Of a stretch of 64,000 nucleotides of DNA, positions 55,484-64,000 are shown one piece after another (position 1 is the stretch's first letter; each line of letters begins with the position of its first letter). The position numbers and the translations under genes are program-made. The notes beneath the pieces are model-generated. The model had not been told where the DNA came from. It made no database searches and saw only the letters and a program-made list of their open reading frames with translations. This DNA is from Candidatus Aerophobetes bacterium Ae_b3b (GTDB lineage: Bacteria > Aerophobota > Aerophobia > Aerophobales > AE-B3A), in contig NJBP01000004.1 of NCBI GenBank assembly GCA_005223085.1, positions 855-64,854 of the forward strand. The letters are read 5' to 3'.

Positions 55484-56161
55484 CTATTTTTCGGGGTCAA
55501 AGCCGCAGATCTTCCTGAAGGATCTGGTGGCTTTCTCCAGATCCTCCTTTCCACTGAATATACTTGATGTACCGGCTACCAAGACATTGGCCCCAGCAGA
55601 AAGGACCTGCGGGACAGTTTTCTCATTGATATTACCATCTACTTCAACGTCTATGTTGAGCTCTTTTTCTTCGATTAGCTCTCGTAAGCGCTTGATTTTA
55701 GGTACCACTGCCGGAATAAAGGCTTGCCCAGCATATCCGGGATCAACGGTCATCAATAAGACCATATCAACCTCTGCCAATACATATTCAATCGAGGAAA
55801 GAGGTGTAGCCGGATTAAGAGCCACACACGCCCTCATTCCGTTTTCTTTGATTACATCGATTACACGGTACAGAAAATGACAAACCTCCACATGGATGGA
55901 GATGATGTTGCTTCCCACCTCAGCGAATCTGCCAATGTATTTCTCTGGATTAGTAATTTGGAGATGTGCATCAAACGGAAGAGAGGTTTTATCTCTTAAA
56001 GATTCGAGAATCAGCGGTCCCAGCATCAGATTGGGAACAAAATGGCCATCCATAATATCGAAGTGGAAGAGATCTATCCCTCCCTTTTCCAGTTTCTTTA
56101 TTTCATCCCCCAGCCTGGTAAGATCTGCACACATTAATGAGGCAGCAACTTTCACTTTCAT
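55484..56161 (-). CDS. rpe: ribulose-phosphate 3-epimerase
   Basis: Motifs ASLMCADL...HFDIMDGHFVPNL...MTVDPGYAGQAF...EVDGNI...AGANVLVAGTS. Confidence 0.85.
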   Translation of the reverse strand: MKVKVAASLMCADLTRLGDEIKKLEKGGIDLFHFDIMDGHFVPNLMLGPLILESLRDKTSLPFDAHLQITNPEKYIGRFAEVGSNIISIHVEVCHFLYRVIDVIKENGMRACVALNPATPLSSIEYVLAEVDMVLLMTVDPGYAGQAFIPAVVPKIKRLRELIEEKELNIDVEVDGNINEKTVPQVLSAGANVLVAGTSSIFSGKEDLEKATRSFRKICGFDPEK

Positions 56162-56184
56162 GTTTTTCTCCAGCCAAAGTTAAT

Positions 56185-56298
56185 CTATGAGTTCAAGCCC
56201 AGATTCTCTATTTTTTTAGGGGTAGGTATCCCCTCCTTACTCCATCTTCTTGCCTCATAATACTCGTCAAGCTCAACTGCATACATATCCTCCTCCAT
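56185..56298 (-). pseudogene. 37-codon ORF resembling the C-terminal tail of aldehyde:ferredoxin oxidoreductase (AOR) family proteins
   Basis: Hand translation gives MEEDMYAVELDEYYEARRWSKEGIPTPKKIENLGLNS*, with AAAGGAGAGG upstream. The pattern L.EYY..RGW...GIPT...L..LGL is the conserved AOR C-terminus. It falls below the ORF-track cutoff. Confidence 0.35.
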
Positions 56299-56366
56299 CC
56301 GGCATTTCCTCTCCTTTCAAAAAAACCATCATTTTGATTCTGATAATTTTTAAACTTTGCCAACTG

Positions 56367-57899
56367 CTATTTTAAGGAAGCGATTTGCTCATAAATGGGC
56401 ACCAGAGCTTGGTACGCATTCTTAAAGATAGGATATAGTCTCTCATATCTTTCCCGGGCCGAGGGACGAGGACTCTGGACCTCCACAATCTTTACCAACC
56501 TCTCTGCCACTCTAAAATTTTTAAAAATCCCCGTGCCTATTCCACCGGCAATAGCAGCCCCCAATGAGGTAGCCTCCTCTATTAAGAGAGGGCAAAGAAT
56601 TTTTCTTCCATAAACATCAGCCATGATCTGGCGCAGCAGCCTTCCTTTCGCTCCCCCTCCAATGACCCTCACTTCCTCTACCCGAGCACCTTGATGCTCA
56701 AAAGCATCCAGGATAATCTTCAGGTTAAAGACAATACCCTCCAGAACAGATCTAATAAGATGTTCTCTTTTATGAGTAAGGGTAAGACCGATAAATGCTC
56801 CCTTTGCATCCGGATTCCAGTAAGGACTTCTCTCCCCCATTAAATATGGTAGAAAAAGTAAATTTTGAGCACCAGGCTCAACCGATTCTGCCTTCAAATC
56901 CATAATTTCATAGGGATCTACCTTTGCCTCTCTGGCAGCTTCAGTCTCCACCCAGCAGATATTATCCTTGAGCCACTGATAAGCTCCTCCGGCGGTCTGC
57001 ATAGTACCGGCAGGCATAAACATTCCCGGATCAAGGTGAGAGAAGGTAAATGTTCGTTTTTCTGGATCATAAATAGGTTTTCGACTGGCCAGAGCAATCC
57101 AGGAAGAAGAACCCACGTAGTTATAAGAACTCCCTTCCCTTACCACTCCCGCTCCTACCGCAGCACAAGGTCCATCACCTCCACCCATCACTACCGGGGT
57201 GCCCGGCCCAAGGAAAGCCTCTTCACTAATTTCTCTGGTGACCTCACCCACTACATCTATAGAAGTATGTAATTCAGGCAAAATTTCCACGGGGATCCTG
57301 ATCAGCTTTAACATCTGGGAAGACCACTCTCTTTTCTGGATATCAAACAGATTCATCCCCGAGGCATCAGAATAATCAGTAGCAAACCGATGAGTTAATC
57401 GGTAAATAATATAATCCTTGGCATGTACGAACTTATGCACCTTTTTGAAAATTCCCGGTTCATTGTCCCTGACCCACATGATCTTGGCCGCTGAATAAGT
57501 GGGACTGATGCGATGACCAGTAATTGTATACACCTCATCTTCTCCCACAATCTCCCTAATTCGGTTTGCCTGCTCAACTCCCCTTTGATCTGCCCAGATA
57601 ATGGAGTTTCGTAAAGGATTTCCCTGCTTATCCAGAGGCAGACATCCCATCATCTGTCCACTAAAGCTCACGCAAGCCACATTTTTTTTAGATATTCTGG
57701 CCTTTTTTAATAGATCTTGCGTAGAAACACAAACCGCTTTCCACCAATCCAGGGGGTTCTGTTCCGCCCAATTCACTCCAGGATAATGGGTCGCATAACT
57801 ATGAAAACTACTAGCTACGAGCTTTCCGGCTGAATCGTAGAGGGTCGCCTTATTGCCGGTGGTGCCCAGGTCATGGGCTAAAATATATTCTTTTTTCAT
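56367..57899 (-). CDS. FGGY-family carbohydrate kinase (xylulokinase-like, paralog 3)
   Basis: Motifs YILAHDLGTTGNKATLYD...NSIIWADQRG...GGGDGPCAAVGAG...IGGGAKGRLLRQIMADVYG. Confidence 0.85.
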   Translation of the reverse strand: MKKEYILAHDLGTTGNKATLYDSAGKLVASSFHSYATHYPGVNWAEQNPLDWWKAVCVSTQDLLKKARISKKNVACVSFSGQMMGCLPLDKQGNPLRNSIIWADQRGVEQANRIREIVGEDEVYTITGHRISPTYSAAKIMWVRDNEPGIFKKVHKFVHAKDYIIYRLTHRFATDYSDASGMNLFDIQKREWSSQMLKLIRIPVEILPELHTSIDVVGEVTREISEEAFLGPGTPVVMGGGDGPCAAVGAGVVREGSSYNYVGSSSWIALASRKPIYDPEKRTFTFSHLDPGMFMPAGTMQTAGGAYQWLKDNICWVETEAAREAKVDPYEIMDLKAESVEPGAQNLLFLPYLMGERSPYWNPDAKGAFIGLTLTHKREHLIRSVLEGIVFNLKIILDAFEHQGARVEEVRVIGGGAKGRLLRQIMADVYGRKILCPLLIEEATSLGAAIAGGIGTGIFKNFRVAERLVKIVEVQSPRPSARERYERLYPIFKNAYQALVPIYEQIASLK

Positions 57900-57941
57900 T
57901 TTTAGAAGGTTTTTGTATTGACTAGCACAGATTTAAATGTT

Positions 57942-58943
57942 TTATCTTCTCCTGGTATACCTTTCAATAAACCGGTATGGGTAGGGAAGGGGGATATCGC
58001 TCGCTTTTTTCAGTTTATTCATCTCCTCCTCTGAAAGCTGCCAACCCATACACCCTAAATTTTCTTTTAACTGCTCTAAGGAGCGTGCGCCCAGAATGGG
58101 GGCAGTTATACCGGGCTGTTGCAGAATCCAGTTCAGGGCTATTTGAGCAGGAGTTTTTCCGCGATTTTTGCCTATTTCAATAAGGTTATCAATAACCCGC
58201 CAGGTGAGTTCACTTTCACGCTGCTCTGGTTGATCATCCCATCTATCTTTCCTACCGACCCTACTGTTGGGTGGAGGGGACTGATTTCGCCTGTACTTGC
58301 CTGCAAGCCATCCACCTGCTATGGGAGACCAGGCCAGAAAGCCTAGTCCCTCCTCTCTGCAGAGAGGAAGAAGCTCCCACTCGGTACTTCTCACAATGAG
58401 GCTGTATTCGGCTTGCAGAGACCTAAAAGATTCCCATCCGTGAATTTTGCTGAGCATTAAAGCTTTTTGGAGTTGAGAGGCAGTGTAATTAGAAGCCCCC
58501 ATATAACGGATTTTTCCCGCCCTCAATAAATCATCCATGGCACCCAAGGTTTCTTCTAATGGTGTTGAGATGTCAAAACAGTGAACCTGGTAAAGATCAA
58601 CGTAATCGGTTTTTAGCCTGCGTAGGCTCTCATTGATTGACTGGAAAATGTGCTTTCGTGATGCACCTGTATCATTAGGACCATCTCCGGTAGGGAAAAA
58701 GACTTTAGTAGCAATAATCACCGAATGTCTGTTTTCTCTCGCTTTCAGCCAGGAACCGAGCATTGACTCTGCTACCCCGTTATTGTATATATCAGCGGTG
58801 TCGAAAAAATTGCCTCCCGCCCCCACGAACAAATCTGCCATGGCGTGCGCGGTTTTCTCGTCTGCGCCCCAGCCGAATGTCTGTGTCCCGAGGACAAGCT
58901 CAGAAACCTTCAGCCCGGTATCCCCAAGAAATCGGTACTGCAC
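57942..58943 (-). CDS. aldo/keto reductase
   Basis: GTG start with AGGAGGA RBS. Motifs MQYRFLGDTGLKVSELVLGT..FG...FDTADIY..G.SE...G. Confidence 0.85.
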   Translation of the reverse strand: MQYRFLGDTGLKVSELVLGTQTFGWGADEKTAHAMADLFVGAGGNFFDTADIYNNGVAESMLGSWLKARENRHSVIIATKVFFPTGDGPNDTGASRKHIFQSINESLRRLKTDYVDLYQVHCFDISTPLEETLGAMDDLLRAGKIRYMGASNYTASQLQKALMLSKIHGWESFRSLQAEYSLIVRSTEWELLPLCREEGLGFLAWSPIAGGWLAGKYRRNQSPPPNSRVGRKDRWDDQPEQRESELTWRVIDNLIEIGKNRGKTPAQIALNWILQQPGITAPILGARSLEQLKENLGCMGWQLSEEEMNKLKKASDIPLPYPYRFIERYTRRR

Positions 58944-58972
58944 GTCTTCCTCCTTTTTATCTGTTGTAAAAA

Positions 58973-59000
58973 ATTATAGTCTCTCTGTTTAATAAATCAA
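58973..59000 (-). promoter_or_regulatory. internal sigma70-like promoter upstream of the aldo/keto reductase gene
   Basis: On the minus strand: TTGATT (59000-58995), 16-nt spacer, TATAAT (58978-58973). Confidence 0.45.
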
Positions 59001-59064
59001 GAAAAGCAACATAAATATTCTTATTAACAAAAGCAAACGGTGCAAGTTAACTCTGAGGTAAAAT

Positions 59065-59787
59065 TCATTTATAATTCCTGGAAACCCAGTCTTCCATAAT
59101 AGTCTGAGTAGCACTTGTTCCTAGACGGGTTGCTCCCGCTTCAATCATGGCGAGAGCATCACTTAACCCACGGATTCCACCGGATGCCTTGACACCGAGA
59201 CGAGGACCTACTGTCCGATACATTAATTTTATATCTTCGACCTTAGCCCCTTCGGGACCAAAACCGGTCGAGGTTTTGACATAATGAGCCCCCGCTTCTT
59301 CCGCCAGCTTGCATGCCTCGATCTTCTCGTGCTCATTCAGGTAACACGTCTCCAGGATTACTTTCACCAGAGCACCTCTTCCGGCTTCCACCACCTGTTG
59401 GATCTCTTCACGCACATACTTGTAGTCACCTTCTTTCAAAGCTCCAACATTAAGGACCATATCAAGCTCCGCAGCGCCATCTTCTACAGCTCGTTGTGCC
59501 TCGGCCTTCTTCATTACAGGAGCATTTGCTCCCAGAGGAAAACCAATCACCGCATCTACTTTTACCTCAGAGTTTTTCAAAATGTCGGCACAGAGTCTCA
59601 CATAGCAAGGATTGACACAGATCGCGGCGACCTTGTATTTCAAAGCGATGCTACAGCCTTCTCTAATCTCTACTTCAGTAGAGGACGGTTTGAGAACAGC
59701 ATGGTCTATAGTCTTTGCCAATTGTTTCTCTGTAAGAGATGAAACTTCTAGCTTCTGTATAACTCTTTCCCATCCACCGTTTGGCAT
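59065..59787 (-). CDS. deoC: deoxyribose-phosphate aldolase
   Basis: Motifs LAKTIDHAVLKP...AAICVNPCYV...VIGFPLGA... and the Schiff-base lysine context HYVKTSTGFG. Confidence 0.85.
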   Translation of the reverse strand: MPNGGWERVIQKLEVSSLTEKQLAKTIDHAVLKPSSTEVEIREGCSIALKYKVAAICVNPCYVRLCADILKNSEVKVDAVIGFPLGANAPVMKKAEAQRAVEDGAAELDMVLNVGALKEGDYKYVREEIQQVVEAGRGALVKVILETCYLNEHEKIEACKLAEEAGAHYVKTSTGFGPEGAKVEDIKLMYRTVGPRLGVKASGGIRGLSDALAMIEAGATRLGTSATQTIMEDWVSRNYK

Positions 59788-59897
59788 GGATTCACCTCAC
59801 TCTTTGAAGTCACCAGGACCTGCATCATAACCTGGATATGGCGTGACATTACCTCCCGTATATCATGCCACGGAAGGTGTCAACGGTATGACCAAAT

Positions 59898-60803
59898 CTA
59901 TTCTTTGAGTGCACCGAAGGTAAGTCCGCGAACAAGGAATTTTGATACAAACGTTGTCAAAATCACCACGGGAATAATACCTATGAGGGATATAGAAGCC
60001 ACCTTCCAGAACTCAAGACCCTTACTGGTAAGAGCTCCTGCGATAAGAATAGGAATGGTAGTTGCCTTGTGGAAACCGAGCACCAAAACGAAGATGAACT
60101 CATTCCAAGAAAAGATGAAGGACAGAACATAAACTGCAACTAAACCTGGAGCTGCTAAAGGAAGCGCAATCCGAAAGAAAGCTCCCAAATGTGAACAACC
60201 GTCTATGAAAGCCGCATCTTCCAAATCCCGAGGGAGATCCCTGAAAAAATCCATCATTAACCATACACCAAGAGGAAGGTTCAAGACCGTATGTGCCATA
60301 ATGATGGCAAGAGGGTTGTCCAAAAGTCTTAAGGTTCTCATGAAGAGAAAATAAGGAATCACCACCGCAACTGGAGGGAACATCCGATTCGAAAGAATCC
60401 AGACTGCAATATCCTTGTTTTTCCAACCTCTGAATACGAACCGACCCAACGAGTAGCCCGCAAAAGCTCCAAGCAGAAGCACTAAGGCACTCGAACAGGA
60501 GGCAATGAGGATAGAGTTCTTTAGAGACCTCAGCGTTCTCTCTCCCGCGGTTATGAATACAAAATGCCAACCCTGCAGAGTGGGTTTGAACTGTACCCAG
60601 GGAATGAAAGTCGGGTTGAACGCATCCCCTGTATGCTTAAAGGAGGTGATTACCGCCCAGAAGATTGGGAACATGGTCCAAATTGTGAAAACTACCATTA
60701 TCAGCCATAAAATGGTCCAACCAAGTGGGGATCTTTTTTGCGTTCCAAGCTCTATCCTTCGCTGACGTCGCAGATTCTTGCGCTCGTTTCTTTGATTGTC
60801 CAC
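59898..60803 (-). CDS. carbohydrate ABC transporter permease (MalG-like)
   Basis: EAA-loop region LEDAAFIDGCSHLGAFFRIALPLAAPG and six TM segments. Confidence 0.85.
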   Translation of the reverse strand: MDNQRNERKNLRRQRRIELGTQKRSPLGWTILWLIMVVFTIWTMFPIFWAVITSFKHTGDAFNPTFIPWVQFKPTLQGWHFVFITAGERTLRSLKNSILIASCSSALVLLLGAFAGYSLGRFVFRGWKNKDIAVWILSNRMFPPVAVVIPYFLFMRTLRLLDNPLAIIMAHTVLNLPLGVWLMMDFFRDLPRDLEDAAFIDGCSHLGAFFRIALPLAAPGLVAVYVLSFIFSWNEFIFVLVLGFHKATTIPILIAGALTSKGLEFWKVASISLIGIIPVVILTTFVSKFLVRGLTFGALKE

Positions 60804-60812
60804 GGGCTACCT

Positions 60813-61694
60813 CTAAATCTTCTTCCTAAGCCGGGATAATAGAATTAATGATATCCCTAGTACGATGAGGAGAAAGATCCATGACATGGCCGATCCTTTT
60901 CCCAGGTTCATCCACTTTATTCCTGTAAGATACACATAAAATGAGAGGGCTTCTGTAGCATTCGCCGGACCAGCACTGGTAATACCGAAGATAAGCTCGA
61001 AAAGTTTAAACGCATCAATAATCCTAATAAGGACAATGGTTACAATAATCGGTGCAACTAAGGGAAAAGTAATCTTTCGAAAAACCTGGAAGTTTGAAGC
61101 ACCGTCTACGGCTGCAGCATCATAGATTTCAACCGGAAGAGCTTGAAAGGCAGCGAAAAGTACCAGGAACATAAAGGGCGTCCACTCCCAAACATCAACC
61201 ATTACGATTGTGAACGGCGCAACAACAACAGATGTAGTCCACTTTACCTTGGCAAGCCCGATTGTCTGAAGAGCGGTATTTATGATTCCAATGTCAGGAT
61301 GAAGCATCATTTTCCATAGGAAGGCTACTGCTATGGGAGGGCAGGCCATTGGGATAAGGAATAGAACTCGGAAAAAGTTTCGCCCTCGAAAATTATTGTG
61401 GAGAAGATGAGCTAGTCCCAGACCTATACCCAGTTGAATTACCACAGTCAAGAAGACAAAACGAACCGTAAACCACAAAGCGCTCCAGAACCTGGGGTCT
61501 TTGAACAGGATGTCCCGAAAATTAGTGATACCTGTCCATTCAGGGTTTTCCATTATTGTTGCCAGCCACTTGGTGAAAGACAGGCGAAGTGACCAGGTTA
61601 GGGGGAAGATAGCCATTACAATAAGGTAAGCAAGGCAGGGTAGAAGAAAAAACCACTTTATGACGTGTTTACGGTATGCGTATTTCAATTCCAC
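60813..61694 (-). CDS. carbohydrate ABC transporter permease (MalF-like)
   Basis: EAA-loop region EIYDAAAVDGASNFQVFRKITFPLVAP and six TM segments. Confidence 0.85.
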   Translation of the reverse strand: MELKYAYRKHVIKWFFLLPCLAYLIVMAIFPLTWSLRLSFTKWLATIMENPEWTGITNFRDILFKDPRFWSALWFTVRFVFLTVVIQLGIGLGLAHLLHNNFRGRNFFRVLFLIPMACPPIAVAFLWKMMLHPDIGIINTALQTIGLAKVKWTTSVVVAPFTIVMVDVWEWTPFMFLVLFAAFQALPVEIYDAAAVDGASNFQVFRKITFPLVAPIIVTIVLIRIIDAFKLFELIFGITSAGPANATEALSFYVYLTGIKWMNLGKGSAMSWIFLLIVLGISLILLSRLRKKI

Positions 61695-61778
61695 CTTTAG
61701 GTTTTACAAGTATTGATTTGCCTGGTCCCGAAGAAAATCCGGGACCAGGCAAAGGAACTCTTCGAGGTCTGTCCTATC

Positions 61779-63278
61779 CTATTCTAGACCAAGAGATTGT
61801 CGGTAGTAGCGCTGCTGATCTTCCTTGCCGTATTCATCCGTAATCCTGACCCAGTCATCATAAAGGGCAGCACAGGCATCCTCCGGAGTTGTTGTTAGCG
61901 CTAATACTCCAGCAAGGCGGGTATCAAGGGCGTCGTAGTATTTTTCTCCTCCAGGTATCCTGAGGTCGGTTACCGCGTATGGATCTGTCAGGATGTCCAC
62001 GATTGCCTTCTGATAGCCCTTTGCCGCATTAGGATCCCAACCTCCCCTTTCCCAGAGGCCTAAGACCCCTGGATCAAAGTGAGATTTACGGTATGGGTTA
62101 ACACCGGTATAGCCGTGAATACCGCAGGCATCCAAGAGACTCCGATCGGGGTTGGTAATGTAGGTTACCCAGTGATAGGCCATATCCACATTTTTTGTGG
62201 CTTTGGGAATTATCCAGACCCATCCTCCAAAGTTAAGGAAGTTAACCTGGTGATCCTCCTGGACCCATTTCTTGTTTAGGTGATCCCAGTATTTCCTGGC
62301 CCCGGGAAGAGGTCCATAGCCGAGCTTACCCTTCACCTTGGAGCCGTACTCATCCGGATACTGCTCCATGATTCCAACATCTCCCCAGTCAAATCCTAAA
62401 GCTGCAATGCCGGAAACGTAAGCGTACCGGAACTCAGCGTACCCATACCCCAAAAGTCCTGGAGGTGCAAATTTCGTAAGCTCCTGAAGCCTTGTGAAAG
62501 CTTCGATCCAGCCGGGGGTATTGCAGAGTGGCTCCATAGTATCGGCATCGAAGAAGATGTTTGAGGTGGTGTTGCTGGGTGGACCAGCCTTGGTGGCATA
62601 TTGAGCAACAAGGTTGAGAATCTCCCACATGGCCTGTGTCTTCTGTTGGGCGATGAAAGCACATCCGTACTCGATCTCGCCATCGTTATCCCAGTCCCAT
62701 CCATTGAAAAATTCCGAGATGTCGCGAACTTCAGTCCAATCTTTAGGCGGCAGATGGTAATCATAGCCATACTTCTGCTTGAATTTCTCTTGGTACTCAG
62801 GGACCTCAAGAGCATCTTTCCGATAGTAGGTCATGTGGTTATCCCCATCGTATGGGAAAGCGACTGTCTTGCCTGCCCATCTGGTGATTACCTTAATTGC
62901 CGGGAGAATATCATCCCAGTCAGGGTAGCCGTATTTTGTGAATAGGGGATCCAACTCGACAACATGACCCCCACCGGCAACATCTCCCAACCAGCTGGAG
63001 GGGATAGCAGCAGTATCGAAGGTGCCAGTCTTGCTTGTGAACTCAATCCACAGCTTATCACTCAAACCTGCATAGGGGACCACAATGACGTTGATTTTAC
63101 CACCAGTTTCCCGCTCCCACAGAGGCTTCCAGGCATCGACTACCGGTACGTGCGTGCCCTCGACCATTACGGCAATCGTTCTTCCTGTGAAATCTACTTT
63201 TTCACCGGTTGCCACAAGCGCCGTTGATAGGAGCAAACAAAAACTTATCAAAGACACAAAAATGAGCCTTTTATACAT
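61779..63278 (-). CDS. ABC transporter extracellular solute-binding protein (carbohydrate)
   Basis: Signal peptide MYKRLIFVSLISFCLLLSTALVATG. 499 aa. RBS AAAGGAG. Located upstream of two permease genes. Confidence 0.8.
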   Translation of the reverse strand: MYKRLIFVSLISFCLLLSTALVATGEKVDFTGRTIAVMVEGTHVPVVDAWKPLWERETGGKINVIVVPYAGLSDKLWIEFTSKTGTFDTAAIPSSWLGDVAGGGHVVELDPLFTKYGYPDWDDILPAIKVITRWAGKTVAFPYDGDNHMTYYRKDALEVPEYQEKFKQKYGYDYHLPPKDWTEVRDISEFFNGWDWDNDGEIEYGCAFIAQQKTQAMWEILNLVAQYATKAGPPSNTTSNIFFDADTMEPLCNTPGWIEAFTRLQELTKFAPPGLLGYGYAEFRYAYVSGIAALGFDWGDVGIMEQYPDEYGSKVKGKLGYGPLPGARKYWDHLNKKWVQEDHQVNFLNFGGWVWIIPKATKNVDMAYHWVTYITNPDRSLLDACGIHGYTGVNPYRKSHFDPGVLGLWERGGWDPNAAKGYQKAIVDILTDPYAVTDLRIPGGEKYYDALDTRLAGVLALTTTPEDACAALYDDWVRITDEYGKEDQQRYYRQSLGLE

Positions 63279-63474
63279 GAGCCTTCGCTCCTTTCGACTT
63301 ACTTCACTCTTTCTCTGAAAGTTCCTCTTTGAAGAAACTCAATTGCTTCACACCTTCTTTATTCAGAGAAACTTTCTTTTTCCCTAGCTAACGGGCCCCG
63401 CCTGCTTTTCACCTCCTTCTGGCCTTATTTTTAGCTTTTTTCTTTGCCAAAGATCTAACTTCCTACCTAATTAT

Positions 63475-63503
63475 TATTATGTTAGCAAACCTTTTTTTGT
63501 CAA
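63475..63503 (-). promoter_or_regulatory. sigma70-like promoter of the second ABC/sugar cluster
   Basis: On the minus strand: TTGACA (63503-63498), 17-nt spacer, ATAATA (63480-63475). This leaves a leader of about 190 nt before the SBP ATG. Confidence 0.45.
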
Positions 63504-63553
63504 GTGGTGCCTTCTCTATTTCCTGGTGAAATCTTGGACATCAAATCTTTCTT

Positions 63554-64000
63554 CTAGGCTTTCCTTCTTGTTATCACCATAAAGACTCTACTTAGAAGAG
63601 GAAGTATCCACATGAGAAGTAGGATGAAAAAGAAAGGAGAGATAGCTAGAGGAGTAGTTTTTCTTCTTACCTGAACAATTTCATTCTCCGGTATCGATTG
63701 TTGGGCTAGATCCTCAACGGCTCTGATCTCGTAGGCAATTGCTTTACCTTGCAAAGCTCTAGAGGGAGCCCATCCGAGATGGTTTGACCTTCCCGTGGCT
63801 TCAGCCCAGATCCAACCGGATTGGCCATAAAATTTGAGAGTAGCATTGGCTTTTCGATATCCCGGCAAATAAACAATCGCAGCCGCATGACCCGGGACAA
63901 GAACTACAGCAGAGCGATAGCCGGCTGCCTTATACATGGTGGCCAGAAGAATAGCCAAGTCCTCGCAGTCTCCCCGGGCATTACCCTTCTCTATTCTGGC
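63554..64000 (-). CDS. transglutaminase-like cysteine-protease-domain membrane protein, C-terminal part (5' end outside window)
   Basis: The frame stays open to the window edge (...GDCEDLAILLATMYKAAGYRSAVVLVPGHAAAIV...). The C..(F/L)A and ...GH... pattern matches a transglutaminase core. There is a C-terminal TM segment. Confidence 0.55.
   Translation of the reverse strand, partial: ARIEKGNARGDCEDLAILLATMYKAAGYRSAVVLVPGHAAAIVYLPGYRKANATLKFYGQSGWIWAEATGRSNHLGWAPSRALQGKAIAYEIRAVEDLAQQSIPENEIVQVRRKTTPLAISPFFFILLLMWILPLLSRVFMVITRRKA

Noticed and set aside
54165-63278. A bacterial microcompartment locus, suggested by the RnfC-like, DeoC and sugar-phosphate isomerase/epimerase theme.
   Set aside because: No BMC shell (PF00936/PF03319-type) proteins, aldehyde dehydrogenase or phosphotransacylase genes are present in the window.

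Overview
64-kb window of a low-GC bacterial chromosome. The organism is probably a diderm (LptF/LptG present) and probably an anaerobe from a poorly studied lineage, but taxonomy cannot be assigned from sequence alone. Housekeeping content: (i) a one-carbon and amino-acid block (URO-D-like protein, class IV aminotransferase, fused MetV-MetF, GcvH); (ii) an NlpD-like LysM/LytM protein, CutA, RimO and LptF/LptG; (iii) the proximal half of a dcw cluster on the minus strand (mraZ-rsmH-ftsL-ftsI-[inserted ORF]-murE-murF-mraY-murD-ftsW); (iv) MarR-ClpC. Accessory content: a decayed islet at about 11.5-14.9 kb holding duplicated segments, an MNT gene with a broken HEPN partner, and gene fragments; a 3-gene operon (unknown/LarA-like/UVR-motif); and two carbohydrate loci. 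The best candidate for an undescribed system is the plus-strand cluster 35.5-51.7 kb. It comprises a SorC regulator, an ABC importer, a form-IV RuBisCO-like protein translationally coupled to an orphan ThDP-dependent E1alpha/E1beta pair, a D-2-hydroxyacid dehydrogenase, two FGGY kinases, a SAF-domain oxidoreductase, an RpiB/LacAB isomerase and a Zn-ADH. An IS remnant interrupts it. A second signal is a ~220-nt highly structured intergenic repeat present in two near-identical inverted copies (22.6 kb and 27.6 kb), each directly upstream of a gene start and in the same orientation relative to local transcription. The window also carries many short gene remnants that the 60-aa ORF track does not list (pfkA N-terminus, PLP-enzyme remnant, HEPN, ATPase N-terminus, AOR tail, IS transposase pieces). 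No tRNA, rRNA or CRISPR array was seen. All functional calls rest on motif recognition by eye, and no database search was run.
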